Virus record (IMG/VR): IMGVR_UViG_3300025838_000059
Span: 1 to 46,045 of that record
DNA: 46,045 nt
Strand: one strand, 5' to 3'
From: a virus
Taxonomy: Duplodnaviria > Caudoviricetes
Part shown: positions 34,904-42,834 of the stretch, one piece after another
How the letters are laid out: each line of letters starts with the position of its first letter
Position numbering within the stretch: the stretch's first letter is position 1
The notes under the pieces: generated by a model
Databases searched by the model: none
What the model saw: only the letters and a program-made list of their open reading frames with translations
Told to the model about the DNA's origin: nothing
Program-made: the position numbers and the translations under genes

Positions 34904-35398
34904 CTACAACGCAGTTCCGTTGTAATTTAATTCTTTCTGCCGTAAATGAAGCAGCATGTGGTATGCTTGGTCTGGACACACTACTAAATTGCAATTGCGA
35001 TTATCTGCTGGATTTCCGTTCACATGATGAACAATTGCTTTGAGAGGTAGTTTCTTGCCCAATGCTTTTTCAGCAATAAGTCTATGTTCAAGAACTTTTT
35101 CTCCAGCAACCATAAGTTCTATGTAGCCCCCTTTGTGTATTGTCCCAGATCCTTGTTGCCTTCGTAAAAGAGCCGCACCTCCTAATGGCTTTCCTGACAG
35201 ATGACGATGGTAGTGCATGTTGCATAGACCAAGTGCTCTTGCGTCTTTTCCGCAGTCCATCACTTCACAAACCATATTAGAAGGTCTGCGAGATCTGTAG
35301 TTTACGTCACCATGTTTAAGAAAACGCCTATAGTGCAAATTACACATTCCTTTTCGGGAAGGAGCATTTTCACAATTTTCTACAGAGCATTTCATCAT
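34904..35398 (-). CDS. HNH homing endonuclease (paralog of 30878-31411)
   Basis: Two Cx4C...CxxH motifs; EHRLIAEKALGKKLP...VHHVNGNPADNRNCNLVVCPDQAYH. Confidence 0.85.
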   Translation of the reverse strand: MMKCSVENCENAPSRKGMCNLHYRRFLKHGDVNYRSRRPSNMVCEVMDCGKDARALGLCNMHYHRHLSGKPLGGAALLRRQQGSGTIHKGGYIELMVAGEKVLEHRLIAEKALGKKLPLKAIVHHVNGNPADNRNCNLVVCPDQAYHMLLHLRQKELNYNGTAL

Positions 35399-36204
35399 TT
35401 TGTCTCCCTGATTGCTTTGAAGTAATCAGCCAAACCAGTCTCAAGCGGATATGATTGTGGGACTTTTGAAGGGACGGTTGTTTTACACTCCACAGAACCT
35501 TGGGATGTTGTAAATATCTGACGTTTAATATTTGCACCTCTGCCCGAAGACTGGGCAAGAAGGACTGTGTTAAAATATCTACCAACTTTGGGGGGCAACG
35601 CTTTGCCTAGTGTATTGGGATAGAACTTATCAGCCCCATTATCGTCCCCCATGGGCTTGATGTGGCAATTTATAATCACATTGCACTTGACTCCCTCGTC
35701 GTAGAGCATTCGCAAAAGGTTCTCGACCAATGCTTGCGCAAGGCCCCAATCGGCTTGATGTGGGTGCTGGCCAAGGCGTCCGTTCATGGCGAGAATGTAG
35801 GATAGAGCGGCATCGGAAAGCATGGTGAGACTGTCGATGACAAGGACTGTGTTGTCATCCCATGTGGTGATGGAGCCAAGGCTGCGGTCGCCGTCCTTCC
35901 AATCGCCTAGCATCCCAGCGACACGCTGCCAGACAGAGGCCTTGGCGGGCACCAACTTGCCCCCTTGGTTCTTCATGGGCTCAGTGATGGTGACATACTC
36001 GACGTTCTCAATGGCGTCTTTTGAATATTTGCCGTTGGTGAGGAGGTCGCGTAGAACGTCTACTCCGTTGTCAAGGTCAAGAATGCGAACCTTGAACCCG
36101 GCAGATGCGAGGCTGGCAAGTGCGCCGGTCTTTCCTGCTCCGCTATCGCCAACGAAAAGCAGCTTTGTGGTTGTAGATGAATGATGTTGTGAAAGTGGAG
36201 GCAT
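35395..36204 (-). CDS. AAA_24/Sak4-like ATPase (recombination)
   Basis: GDSGAGKT, ILDLDNG, LVIDSLT; nuclease-ATPase-SSB synteny. Confidence 0.8.
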   Translation of the reverse strand: MPPLSQHHSSTTTKLLFVGDSGAGKTGALASLASAGFKVRILDLDNGVDVLRDLLTNGKYSKDAIENVEYVTITEPMKNQGGKLVPAKASVWQRVAGMLGDWKDGDRSLGSITTWDDNTVLVIDSLTMLSDAALSYILAMNGRLGQHPHQADWGLAQALVENLLRMLYDEGVKCNVIINCHIKPMGDDNGADKFYPNTLGKALPPKVGRYFNTVLLAQSSGRGANIKRQIFTTSQGSVECKTTVPSKVPQSYPLETGLADYFKAIRETK

Positions 36205-36205
36205 G

Positions 36206-36280
36206 TTATTGGTTCCATAAAGCTGCGAGGGTGATGGTGATGACGAAGGTTCCTACGAGGAGAATTATGAAATCTGTCAA
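36206..36280 (-). CDS. 24-aa single-TM peptide (not in ORF track)
   Basis: TTG start overlapping nuclease TGA, GAGGTG RBS; MTDFIILLVGTFVITITLAALWNQ; fills the gap exactly. Confidence 0.45.
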   Translation of the reverse strand: MTDFIILLVGTFVITITLAALWNQ

Positions 36281-37215
36281 ATGTCACCTCGGACCTGTAA
36301 GGGGTCCCAGATCCGTTGGGTGAAGTCGGCCTTGAGCCATTCCTTTCGGACAGAAGGCGGAAGGCTGCATATTTTGCGGAACGGGCAACCGCCATACTGG
36401 CCACAAGATTTGTCGTTCATCGGCCAGTAGCCATTGGCGGCATACAACTCGGCAGTAGCTAAATACTGCCCGAGGTCATAATACCATTCCTCTAGGACTG
36501 GTTCGGACCTTGGAACTGTGCCTCGTAGAAAGCGTGTGAATGATTGTGCGATCTGCGCGCCGTCAACAATGATCCCCTCGATCTGGATGTTGTAAACGAC
36601 CTTCCCGGCGATAGCGTAAAGGGTCATCTGGTTATCGGGAGAGAACTTGTCAAAGAATGAAGAATTGATTGTGGATTTTGTGGTCTTGCGGTCAAGCACG
36701 AAGGCTTTACCATTCAGCATTGCTAACCTGTCTAAATGCCCGCACAATAAAATGCTCTCGCCTTGTGAGGTGGTGTAACCACTGTCAAAGCGGAACGAAA
36801 GTTCGACTGCTGGTTTGCCGTTGGCGAGGCGCACCGTTTCAATAGGGTCATCTGCGAATTGCAGCAAATACCAAATGACCGAGCGCAAAAGTGTCAGCCT
36901 GTTTTTGTTTGGATCGTCTGAGATCCACGGACGATTTTTCTTCTCGTCCCATGTAATTGTCAACACATACTTCACGACTTCACGAAGTGCTTGGTCGTAG
37001 TCCATGCCGCCAAAACGCAGATGATCGTATTTCTCAAGGGCTGAATGGAAGTGTAGGCCGAAGGTTAGATGAACGCTGATCTCGCGTGGTTGCCACCCTT
37101 CAAGTATCGAAAGCTGATACAAGCGTGGACACGTCTTGAATGCGCCGATGGATGTCGAGTCCCAAGCGATTTGAAAGTTGGGGGAGATTTTGGAGAGTGA
37201 ATTGTTAGTGGTCAT
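36277..37215 (-). CDS. PD-(D/E)XK exonuclease (RecB/Cas4-like, 4 Cys)
   Basis: CPRLY, GLHFH, GHLDRL, VLDRKTT, QMTLY, CGQYGGCPFRKIC. Confidence 0.85.
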   Translation of the reverse strand: MTTNNSLSKISPNFQIAWDSTSIGAFKTCPRLYQLSILEGWQPREISVHLTFGLHFHSALEKYDHLRFGGMDYDQALREVVKYVLTITWDEKKNRPWISDDPNKNRLTLLRSVIWYLLQFADDPIETVRLANGKPAVELSFRFDSGYTTSQGESILLCGHLDRLAMLNGKAFVLDRKTTKSTINSSFFDKFSPDNQMTLYAIAGKVVYNIQIEGIIVDGAQIAQSFTRFLRGTVPRSEPVLEEWYYDLGQYLATAELYAANGYWPMNDKSCGQYGGCPFRKICSLPPSVRKEWLKADFTQRIWDPLQVRGDI

Positions 37216-37229
37216 GGGGCGTCCCTGAC

Positions 37230-37433
37230 TTAGTTGGTGGAATGTTGGCCGCTGCCGGTCTGAATGAACCGATAGCCTTGCTTTAATTTTGCGTCGATAA
37301 GTGTTGAGCGCTCGTGGATTTTTAATGTGTATTGAATAAGTCTCTCGAGTTGCTCACACGCCTCGTCCCCCATCCACGTCCCTGCTTGATGGCGCAGAGA
37401 GTCAACGAGTTCTTGTAGTTCTGAAGATGTCAT
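37230..37433 (-). CDS. Hypothetical protein
   Basis: AAGGAG RBS. Confidence 0.65.
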   Translation of the reverse strand: MTSSELQELVDSLRHQAGTWMGDEACEQLERLIQYTLKIHERSTLIDAKLKQGYRFIQTGSGQHSTN

Positions 37434-37454
37434 GCCAAGGGCTCCTTTGGCGGT

Positions 37455-37733
37455 TTAATCTAGGCCTGAGAGTAATTCATCAACGGATAGTTTTGGTTTT
37501 GGGCCTTTTGCGGGAGCCTTGCGCTCCTTCTTGACTTTTGGCGTTGCCTCTTGCTGCGCAAACTTTTCCCTCTGGGCACGAAGATATGAAATGATCTGAT
37601 CAGCTTCGAGGTCGGAAATTTGCGGGGCGCGGTTCATAAGTTCTTCGAGGGAGAATTCTGATGCCTCCTCGAGCGGATCGCCGTCAGGCAATGATGTCTG
37701 CGATTGTTGGGTCGAATTTGACTGGTTTGGCAT
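37455..37733 (-). CDS. Hypothetical protein
   Basis: GGAGAAG upstream of ATG 37733; acidic then basic halves. Confidence 0.6.
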   Translation of the reverse strand: MPNQSNSTQQSQTSLPDGDPLEEASEFSLEELMNRAPQISDLEADQIISYLRAQREKFAQQEATPKVKKERKAPAKGPKPKLSVDELLSGLD

Positions 37734-37914
37734 TTGATTTCTTCTCCAGATGCGAAAGGTAAGAATGGATGATAAGGCGAAGGGCCTTGGAGCGTCCGAC
37801 CGTGCGATGCCCCTGTCGGCAAAAGAGCGCGTCAATTCGTTCAAGATCCTTTGAGAAAATATGGAAGTGAATTTTAGTCGTTTCGTCTTCGAGCCTCGCG
37901 CCCATGTTAGTCAT
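37684..37914 (-). CDS. Hypothetical, possible ribbon-helix-helix DNA-binding protein
   Basis: Alternating beta strand KIHFHI, helix, GRSKALRLII helix; GGAG RBS. Confidence 0.5.
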   Translation of the reverse strand: MTNMGARLEDETTKIHFHIFSKDLERIDALFCRQGHRTVGRSKALRLIIHSYLSHLEKKSNAKPVKFDPTIADIIA

Positions 37915-38197
37915 CTCCGAGAAGGTCGGCTAGGGAGTAAAGAGGTCCGTCGCCTTGGGGGTTTTGTTTAATGGTCTGCGCCTGTGGCGCGTTCGGATGG
38001 CGCAAAGTGTCGTTTTTAACTATCCAGATATGATTGTGAGATGAGGGAGATTTGAAGATTTGGATGATTTCGAGGTCAGGATCTTTACGTTTTGCTGCGT
38101 ATAGTTTTTGCAGTGATACTTGGTAATTGCCGAGAAGCTCGACTTCTATTCCAAAGTCGGAGTGATAGGCTTCGTAGAGGAGTTCAGCTTCACGCAT
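37907..38197 (-). CDS. Hypothetical protein
   Basis: ORF in co-oriented cluster. Confidence 0.6.
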   Translation of the reverse strand: MREAELLYEAYHSDFGIEVELLGNYQVSLQKLYAAKRKDPDLEIIQIFKSPSSHNHIWIVKNDTLRHPNAPQAQTIKQNPQGDGPLYSLADLLGDD

Positions 38198-38217
38198 TTA
38201 AGGGCACTCTGTTTTCT

Positions 38218-38257
38218 AAAAGGAGGGAGCAAAAAGATAGGTGCGCTTTTCGCTCCC
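38218..38257 (-). terminator. Intrinsic terminator
   Basis: GGGAGCGAAAAG/CTTTTTGCTCCC 12-bp stem (one G-U on the - strand) followed by TCCTTTT. Confidence 0.7.
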
Positions 38258-38264
38258 CCAAGTG

Positions 38265-38353
38265 CAGGGGCGGGAGGTATATGCCCCTGTTTTCAAGGAG
38301 TCGAACCTTGAACGAAGACCAACACTTGAGCTTTCGCATCAGCGGTGCTGGCC
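38265..38353 (-). ncRNA. Candidate structured RNA (GNRA hairpin + T-loop hairpin + GC hairpin)
   Basis: GGCCAGCAC/GTGTTGGTC stem capped by GC-GAAA-GC; TTCAAGG-TTCGACT-CCTTGAA; CAGGGGC/GCCCCTG. Confidence 0.45.
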
Positions 38354-38363
38354 GTGTTTCCTA

Positions 38364-38840
38364 TCATGCCGCCTCGTCAAGAAGATCGTCCAAAAGATCC
38401 CCGGCGATTTTGCGGCTTGAGTCGATGCGTCTTGCAGCTTCTTCCATGATTTCTGGTTTGTGCTGCAGAACTTTCGTGACGTATTCTGCAATTTGCTCTG
38501 CAGAATAGTCTGCAGGATTTCCGCCCTTCTTGCGGATTGCTGCGAACACTTGTTCCTTTGCGATTTTGTTTGCCTCTTTCGCCACGGGATCAGCTGCGTT
38601 TTTAGGTGTGCGGATTGAGAAGGCGTAGTTGTTAGCGAACTGCTGGAATTGCGCTTCCACCTCTGCATGGTCCACGCTGTCGTTGTCGAGCTTCTTTAAC
38701 TTCGACATCAAAGATGTCCTAATGCTATCGGCAAAGACTTGGTTGAGCTTTTCAGCTTCGGCTGCGGTCAACACATAGCCTTCTTCGTAAGGCTGGGCGA
38801 CTGTGACTGAGATTTCATGGGGGAGATTAAGTGTGCGCAT
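38364..38840 (-). CDS. Hypothetical helical protein, probably highly expressed
   Basis: AAAGGAG RBS, own promoter and downstream terminator. Confidence 0.7.
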   Translation of the reverse strand: MRTLNLPHEISVTVAQPYEEGYVLTAAEAEKLNQVFADSIRTSLMSKLKKLDNDSVDHAEVEAQFQQFANNYAFSIRTPKNAADPVAKEANKIAKEQVFAAIRKKGGNPADYSAEQIAEYVTKVLQHKPEIMEEAARRIDSSRKIAGDLLDDLLDEAA

Positions 38841-38870
38841 CAAAAAGGCTCCTTTGTTTGTGCATTGTAT

Positions 38871-38899
38871 ATAGTGCCATAAAGTTAAACCCATTGCAA
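38871..38899 (-). promoter_or_regulatory. Putative sigma70 promoter with palindrome half-site in the spacer
   Basis: TTGCAA-N17-CACTAT with TG extension; half-site TTAAACCCAT at 38885-38894. Confidence 0.5.
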
Positions 38900-38927
38900 G
38901 AAAATAATCGCGCGCTGGGGGAAAAAG

Positions 38928-38964
38928 TTAAACCCATCTTATACTGAGTCTACAATGGGCCTAA
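38928..38964. repeat. 37-bp palindromic element, copy B
   Basis: - strand: TTAGGCCCAT-TGTAGACTCAGTATAAG-ATGGGTTTAA. Confidence 0.85.
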
Positions 38965-39188
38965 AGCCCATACCACTTACACATCATGTAAACTCTCCCC
39001 GGCTTTTTCTTCTCGACACGGCGCTCAAGCGGCGAATGGTCTTGAGGGAGCTTTTTGTCACCTTGGGGAATTTCCCTTTGGATTTGTGCTTGGGCTTTCC
39101 GGGTTTCTGCCTTTTCGTTTTTCTTCTTACGTCGATACGCAGCACGTCTGATCCTCTGGGCCTCTCGGTATTCTGGGTCATTCGCCAT
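38961..39188 (-). CDS. Small basic protein
   Basis: ATG 39188 overlapping end of the GcrA-like gene; MANDPEYREAQRIRRAAYRRKKK... Confidence 0.6.
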   Translation of the reverse strand: MANDPEYREAQRIRRAAYRRKKKNEKAETRKAQAQIQREIPQGDKKLPQDHSPLERRVEKKKPGRVYMMCKWYGL

Positions 39189-39432
39189 TCTCTCTCGATG
39201 TGAGGCGTTTCGGCGCAAGCGACGGCCTTCCATTAGCGCCAACTTGCGCTCCGCTTCTTTTTGCTTTGCGGAGTCGGTGGATGCGTCCTGCGACGGCGCA
39301 TCTGGAGATTGAGAATTTGATGGCGATTTGGGTGTAAGAGAGTCCATTGTGTATGCTCCGCTCAAGCTCTTCGTCGAGTTCGGGGGTCCATTTGATGTTG
39401 ACAGGAACGCGCTCAATGTCTTCTGGGGTCAT
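39178..39432 (-). CDS. GcrA-like N-terminal HTH regulator
   Basis: WTPELDEELERSIHNGLSYTQIAIKFSISRCAVAGRIHRL matches the GcrA pattern WT...GLS..QIA...TRNAVIGKVHRL. Confidence 0.7.
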   Translation of the reverse strand: MTPEDIERVPVNIKWTPELDEELERSIHNGLSYTQIAIKFSISRCAVAGRIHRLRKAKRSGAQVGANGRPSLAPKRLTSRENGE

Positions 39433-39632
39433 GGGTGGGCTCGACGGATTGCAGACGCGATGTTGTTGGTGGGGTCAAGCGCCTCGGCGTAACGGGCACA
39501 TTCCTCACGGATCTGTGGCTCGATGTAATCGAAGGCGATCTCCGCAAGGTCTTTCATTGTGAAATACGTTGGCGCATCGTCGAAGAAAGTAGCGAGACGC
39601 AGAATGAGCGCTTCCTTTTCACTTTTGGTCAT
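39429..39632 (-). CDS. Hypothetical protein
   Basis: Coupled ORF; REECA...IASAIRR motif common in small phage proteins. Confidence 0.6.
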   Translation of the reverse strand: MTKSEKEALILRLATFFDDAPTYFTMKDLAEIAFDYIEPQIREECARYAEALDPTNNIASAIRRAHP

Positions 39633-39840
39633 TGCACCTGCTCCATGCCGCGAGTTTGAGCTTGTGGTTTATGATGGTGAATTTGTTCGAGATCGTGTTG
39701 ATGCTGGCTTTGTAATGGGCGGCGATTTGTTTGTGCGTTAGGCCGTCGCGCTTTAGATCGAGAAGGGCTTGCTCGTAGTCTGTAAGTTCCGCAGGGTCTT
39801 TGTAAAGCCGCGACTGCGTGTCAGTCCTGACGTTGTTCAT
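39619..39840 (-). CDS. LuxR/sigma region 4-type HTH protein
   Basis: LTDYEQALLDL..DGLTHKQIAAHY..SINTI. Confidence 0.7.
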   Translation of the reverse strand: MNNVRTDTQSRLYKDPAELTDYEQALLDLKRDGLTHKQIAAHYKASINTISNKFTIINHKLKLAAWSRCNDQK

Positions 39841-40028
39841 TTGTGAAGCTCCTTGATGGCGGCGATAAGTTCTGCCTTGCGTTCCTCAATCTTCATCTTG
39901 CCCACAATGTATGGATCGTAGGGAGCAAAGTTTGCGATGACCTTGGCAACTGCGTGTAACGCATCGTTGTAACCTGCCTCGTAGAATATTTTGAGAAGTG
40001 CGCCTTTTGTTGATGCGGAGTTTGACAT
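39837..40028 (-). CDS. Hypothetical protein
   Basis: GGAG RBS, coupled on both sides. Confidence 0.55.
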   Translation of the reverse strand: MSNSASTKGALLKIFYEAGYNDALHAVAKVIANFAPYDPYIVGKMKIEERKAELIAAIKELHK

Positions 40029-40135
40029 CAATAATCTCCGCTTATAAGCAGGTGCGCAATGTAAGCCACACCCCCAGCAAAGAACACAATCGCGGCGTAG
40101 ATAGCGATCTCGTTTAAGATTGCGTCGTTGATCAT
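40028..40135 (-). CDS. 35-aa single-TM peptide (not in ORF track)
   Basis: MINDAILNEIAIYAAIVFFAGGVAYIAHLLISGDY; GGGAG RBS, ATGA/TGATG coupling. Confidence 0.55.
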   Translation of the reverse strand: MINDAILNEIAIYAAIVFFAGGVAYIAHLLISGDY

Positions 40136-40251
40136 TTCAATCTCCCGATGGTCATCTTCCAAAGGGCTCGGAACATGAACAAGCCCCAGAGGATTGTCAC
40201 GATGGCGAAGGGGATCTCATTCCCCGTAAGGGGCTGCGATTGCGGGGCCAT
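40132..40251 (-). CDS. 39-aa single-TM peptide
   Basis: AAGGAG RBS before ATG 40251; MAPQSQPLTGNEIPFAIVTILWGLFMFRALWKMTIGRLK. Confidence 0.5.
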   Translation of the reverse strand: MAPQSQPLTGNEIPFAIVTILWGLFMFRALWKMTIGRLK

Positions 40252-40474
40252 AGGATGCTCCTTCATAAGCTCCAGAGGAGCCATAATAACTTGTTGCGCC
40301 GTAATTGCTGTAGGAGTTCCCAAGGTATGCCCCCGATGGTCCGTAGTAACTTGTCGATCCGCTGTTCGTGTAAGCACTGCCTTCGTAAGCGCCAGATGGC
40401 GAGTAGAAGGATGTGGATTGCGCGAATGCGGAATTGGATAGCAAGAGTGCTGCGATTGTGTAAAGAGTTTTCAT
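40217..40474 (-). CDS. Secreted Tyr/Gly/Ser repeat protein
   Basis: MKTLYTIAALLLSNSAFA|Q; three SxYxxSGAYxG repeats; GAGGGG RBS. Confidence 0.7.
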   Translation of the reverse strand: MKTLYTIAALLLSNSAFAQSTSFYSPSGAYEGSAYTNSGSTSYYGPSGAYLGNSYSNYGATSYYGSSGAYEGASYGPAIAAPYGE

Positions 40475-40842
40475 TCTAATCCCTCTAAAAGTTCGTCGAA
40501 GTCTAACGGGCTGAGCGGTGTAGGTGGTGGCGCAAGGGTGCGCACAGGTGCGCTTTGCATTGGCGCGTCTGCGGGTTTCCATTGGAAGGCTTTGCGGGCG
40601 CAATCCTCTGGATCAGAAAGCCAGTGTTGCCAGAATTCTGGAAAGTCACCCACAGGGATCTCGGTCACAAAGCGTGAAGAACGATTTGCGCCGACCGAAA
40701 AGAAACCTGAGATCTCGATGGTATCACCCCCAGAACGTGGGGCGAAGTAAAGCGCGGGGATCACTGAGATCCCCACACCCTGTCCCGGTGCGAATGCTGG
40801 TAAGCCCGATATGCGCGGGCGTGAAGGGTCGAAGAAGTCCAT
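40471..40842 (-). CDS. Hypothetical protein
   Basis: AGGAG RBS. Confidence 0.6.
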   Translation of the reverse strand: MDFFDPSRPRISGLPAFAPGQGVGISVIPALYFAPRSGGDTIEISGFFSVGANRSSRFVTEIPVGDFPEFWQHWLSDPEDCARKAFQWKPADAPMQSAPVRTLAPPPTPLSPLDFDELLEGLE

Positions 40843-40854
40843 GACACAAGGCTC

Positions 40855-42345
40855 CTATTGTTCGAAGTCAGAAAGGTTTGCAAGGATGAGGGTGTGTTTT
40901 GTGCGAGTCTCGAGGACGTAACGTAGGTTTGCTTCTTGGCGTTGCTCGCTTTCGGTCTTTGCGTATTTCGAGGGTATGCGCCAAGGATCGAGGTGGATGA
41001 CGTTGTCCCATTCGAGCCCCTTCGCTTTGTGTCCAGTTGCTAAAATGACCTGCCCATTGTTTTTTGCGAATAAAAAGGTAAGCTCCTCAATAAGCTCTGC
41101 GACAGTGCGGGGCTTTTTCGCGGAGATGACTGCGATGATGCTTTCATATTTGTCAGTCGTATTGGCAGCTTTGGTGCTATCGCCGTTTGCTTCAGCCTTG
41201 GACTTTTCTGTTTCATGCCAGTTTGTGAGAAGCGGCAAGAACTGATCGACCTTGGTTGTTAAGTCAGGGCAGAGCTTTTTGACGATTGTTGAAAGGCCAC
41301 GTCCTATCTCGCGTCCCAACATATTCACGCCAATACCCTGACGGATCAGCTTGAAGGCCATAGAAATGAGCGGCGCGTTATTGCGGCAAAGCACTGCCGT
41401 GTCACCTGCGGGTATGGCTTCCCATGTCCACTTTTCACCAGACAGATCGTAGATCGCGCCGCGAGGATTGCTTTCTGCCGCTCGGTATTGCGGGGCGTGA
41501 TTGTGCTGGCGTTCGACGACGCTTAACGGGCACCTGAATGTGGTGTTGAGGGGGAGTTCAATCCACTCGGATCGCAGGGCTTTGATGGTGTCCATGCTCG
41601 AACTGTCTGCGCCTCGGAAAGCGTAGATCGCTTGTCGGGGGTCGCCAACGACGATGAGCCTGTTAGCGGCGCATTTACGAAGCATCTGGTGGTTGAGTGG
41701 GGAAAGGTCTTGGGCTTCATCGACAAGGACTGTGTTGAAGCGAGGAAAGTCGCCTGTGAAAACCACGGGGAGGTAGATCTGGTCATCATAGGTTATGACT
41801 CCTTTTAGGCCTTCTTCGATGCTTTCGCATAAAATGCGACGGGACAATTTGCACTCGTCTGGGGTGAGCAAAAGGTCGTAGTCAGATGCAATCTCCTGCC
41901 ATGTATCCGGCGTATCCGGCAAGAGCCCTTTGGCGTTTTGGAATTGGGTAGGAACTACGCCTCTCTGCATGGCGTAGACGACGAGTTGTCTGATCTCGTT
42001 CCATGAGCCCTTGCTGGAAGGGAAGGCCTTGAGCGCCTCTGTGGTGAGCCTTCCAAGTTTCTTGTCGTCGATGAGCATCTTGGGCTTGTTGATGGTCTTG
42101 CCCCATGCGCGATGGCCGAGTCCATTCATGGTCATAACTGTAAAGTTCGAAGGGAACCGCTTTTCGAGTTCCTCTTTGATCTTCTTGTTGAACGCGAGCG
42201 CGAGGATAGGTTCTTTGGGGAGAACGGATGCGAGCATCTGCAAGGTGGTGGTCTTGCCGGTGCCTGCGAGGGCGTTAATCATAATGGACGAAGGGCTTTT
42301 GGCCGCTGCGATGATGTATTGCTGTTCTGGGGTTGGAGATAACAT
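40855..42345 (-). CDS. Superfamily 1 (UvrD/Rep-like) helicase
   Basis: ALAGTGKTT, LVDEAQD, VGDPRQAIYAFRGA, TFRCP, TGHKAKGLEW, YVLETR. Confidence 0.92.
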   Translation of the reverse strand: MLSPTPEQQYIIAAAKSPSSIMINALAGTGKTTTLQMLASVLPKEPILALAFNKKIKEELEKRFPSNFTVMTMNGLGHRAWGKTINKPKMLIDDKKLGRLTTEALKAFPSSKGSWNEIRQLVVYAMQRGVVPTQFQNAKGLLPDTPDTWQEIASDYDLLLTPDECKLSRRILCESIEEGLKGVITYDDQIYLPVVFTGDFPRFNTVLVDEAQDLSPLNHQMLRKCAANRLIVVGDPRQAIYAFRGADSSSMDTIKALRSEWIELPLNTTFRCPLSVVERQHNHAPQYRAAESNPRGAIYDLSGEKWTWEAIPAGDTAVLCRNNAPLISMAFKLIRQGIGVNMLGREIGRGLSTIVKKLCPDLTTKVDQFLPLLTNWHETEKSKAEANGDSTKAANTTDKYESIIAVISAKKPRTVAELIEELTFLFAKNNGQVILATGHKAKGLEWDNVIHLDPWRIPSKYAKTESEQRQEANLRYVLETRTKHTLILANLSDFEQ

Positions 42346-42375
42346 GTGAATACCTTTCGAATACGGCGGGAGGGC

Positions 42376-42798
42376 CTAGATGTAGAACGTGACTTGGTAT
42401 GTGCCAGAGGGGGTGAAGGATAGCTTGGCCTCGAGGCCGTCCACGAAAGGCCCGTTGCCGGAGATCATGGAGTCAACTTTAAGGGACTCAAGCAGAAGGC
42501 CAATGGCCTCGATATGTAGGGCCGCTTGTTCCTTTGCCATGTAGCCAACGTGGAAGTCGCGCTGCTCATCGATGCTTTCGAGGTCAAAGCCGGTGCCTTC
42601 GAGGGTTTCGGCTAGTTCCTCGCGGGCCTCGGATGGTAAGGTCTTGGTGTCGAGCCAGACGGCGACGGCGTTGGGATCATATGGGTTCTCGGGTTCGGGA
42701 CGAAGCTCGAGAGGATGTCCGGCGGGAAGACTTGCCAGTAGCGCCTTGGCTGGTGGGCGGAAGTGTGCGCCTACAAGGGGGGCGTGGTGTATGGGCAT
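42376..42798 (-). CDS. HIRAN-domain protein
   Basis: VGAHFR...LRPEPENPYDPNAVAV...HVGYM. Confidence 0.8.
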   Translation of the reverse strand: MPIHHAPLVGAHFRPPAKALLASLPAGHPLELRPEPENPYDPNAVAVWLDTKTLPSEAREELAETLEGTGFDLESIDEQRDFHVGYMAKEQAALHIEAIGLLLESLKVDSMISGNGPFVDGLEAKLSFTPSGTYQVTFYI

Positions 42799-42834
42799 GG
42801 TAGTGGCTCCTGTGAGGTTGTGGGCGTGTTGTGC

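Noticed and set aside
36277-37215. Cas4-like nuclease as part of a CRISPR system
   Set aside because: No cas genes or array; context is the usual nuclease-ATPase-SSB recombination module
38290-38360. tRNA gene or hammerhead ribozyme
   Set aside because: T-loop present but no acceptor, D or anticodon arms; CTGATGC...GAAA lacks the CUGANGA core and stem arrangement
42343-42379. GAGGGCCTAG as a palindrome arm
   Set aside because: Only 7/10 match and no left arm
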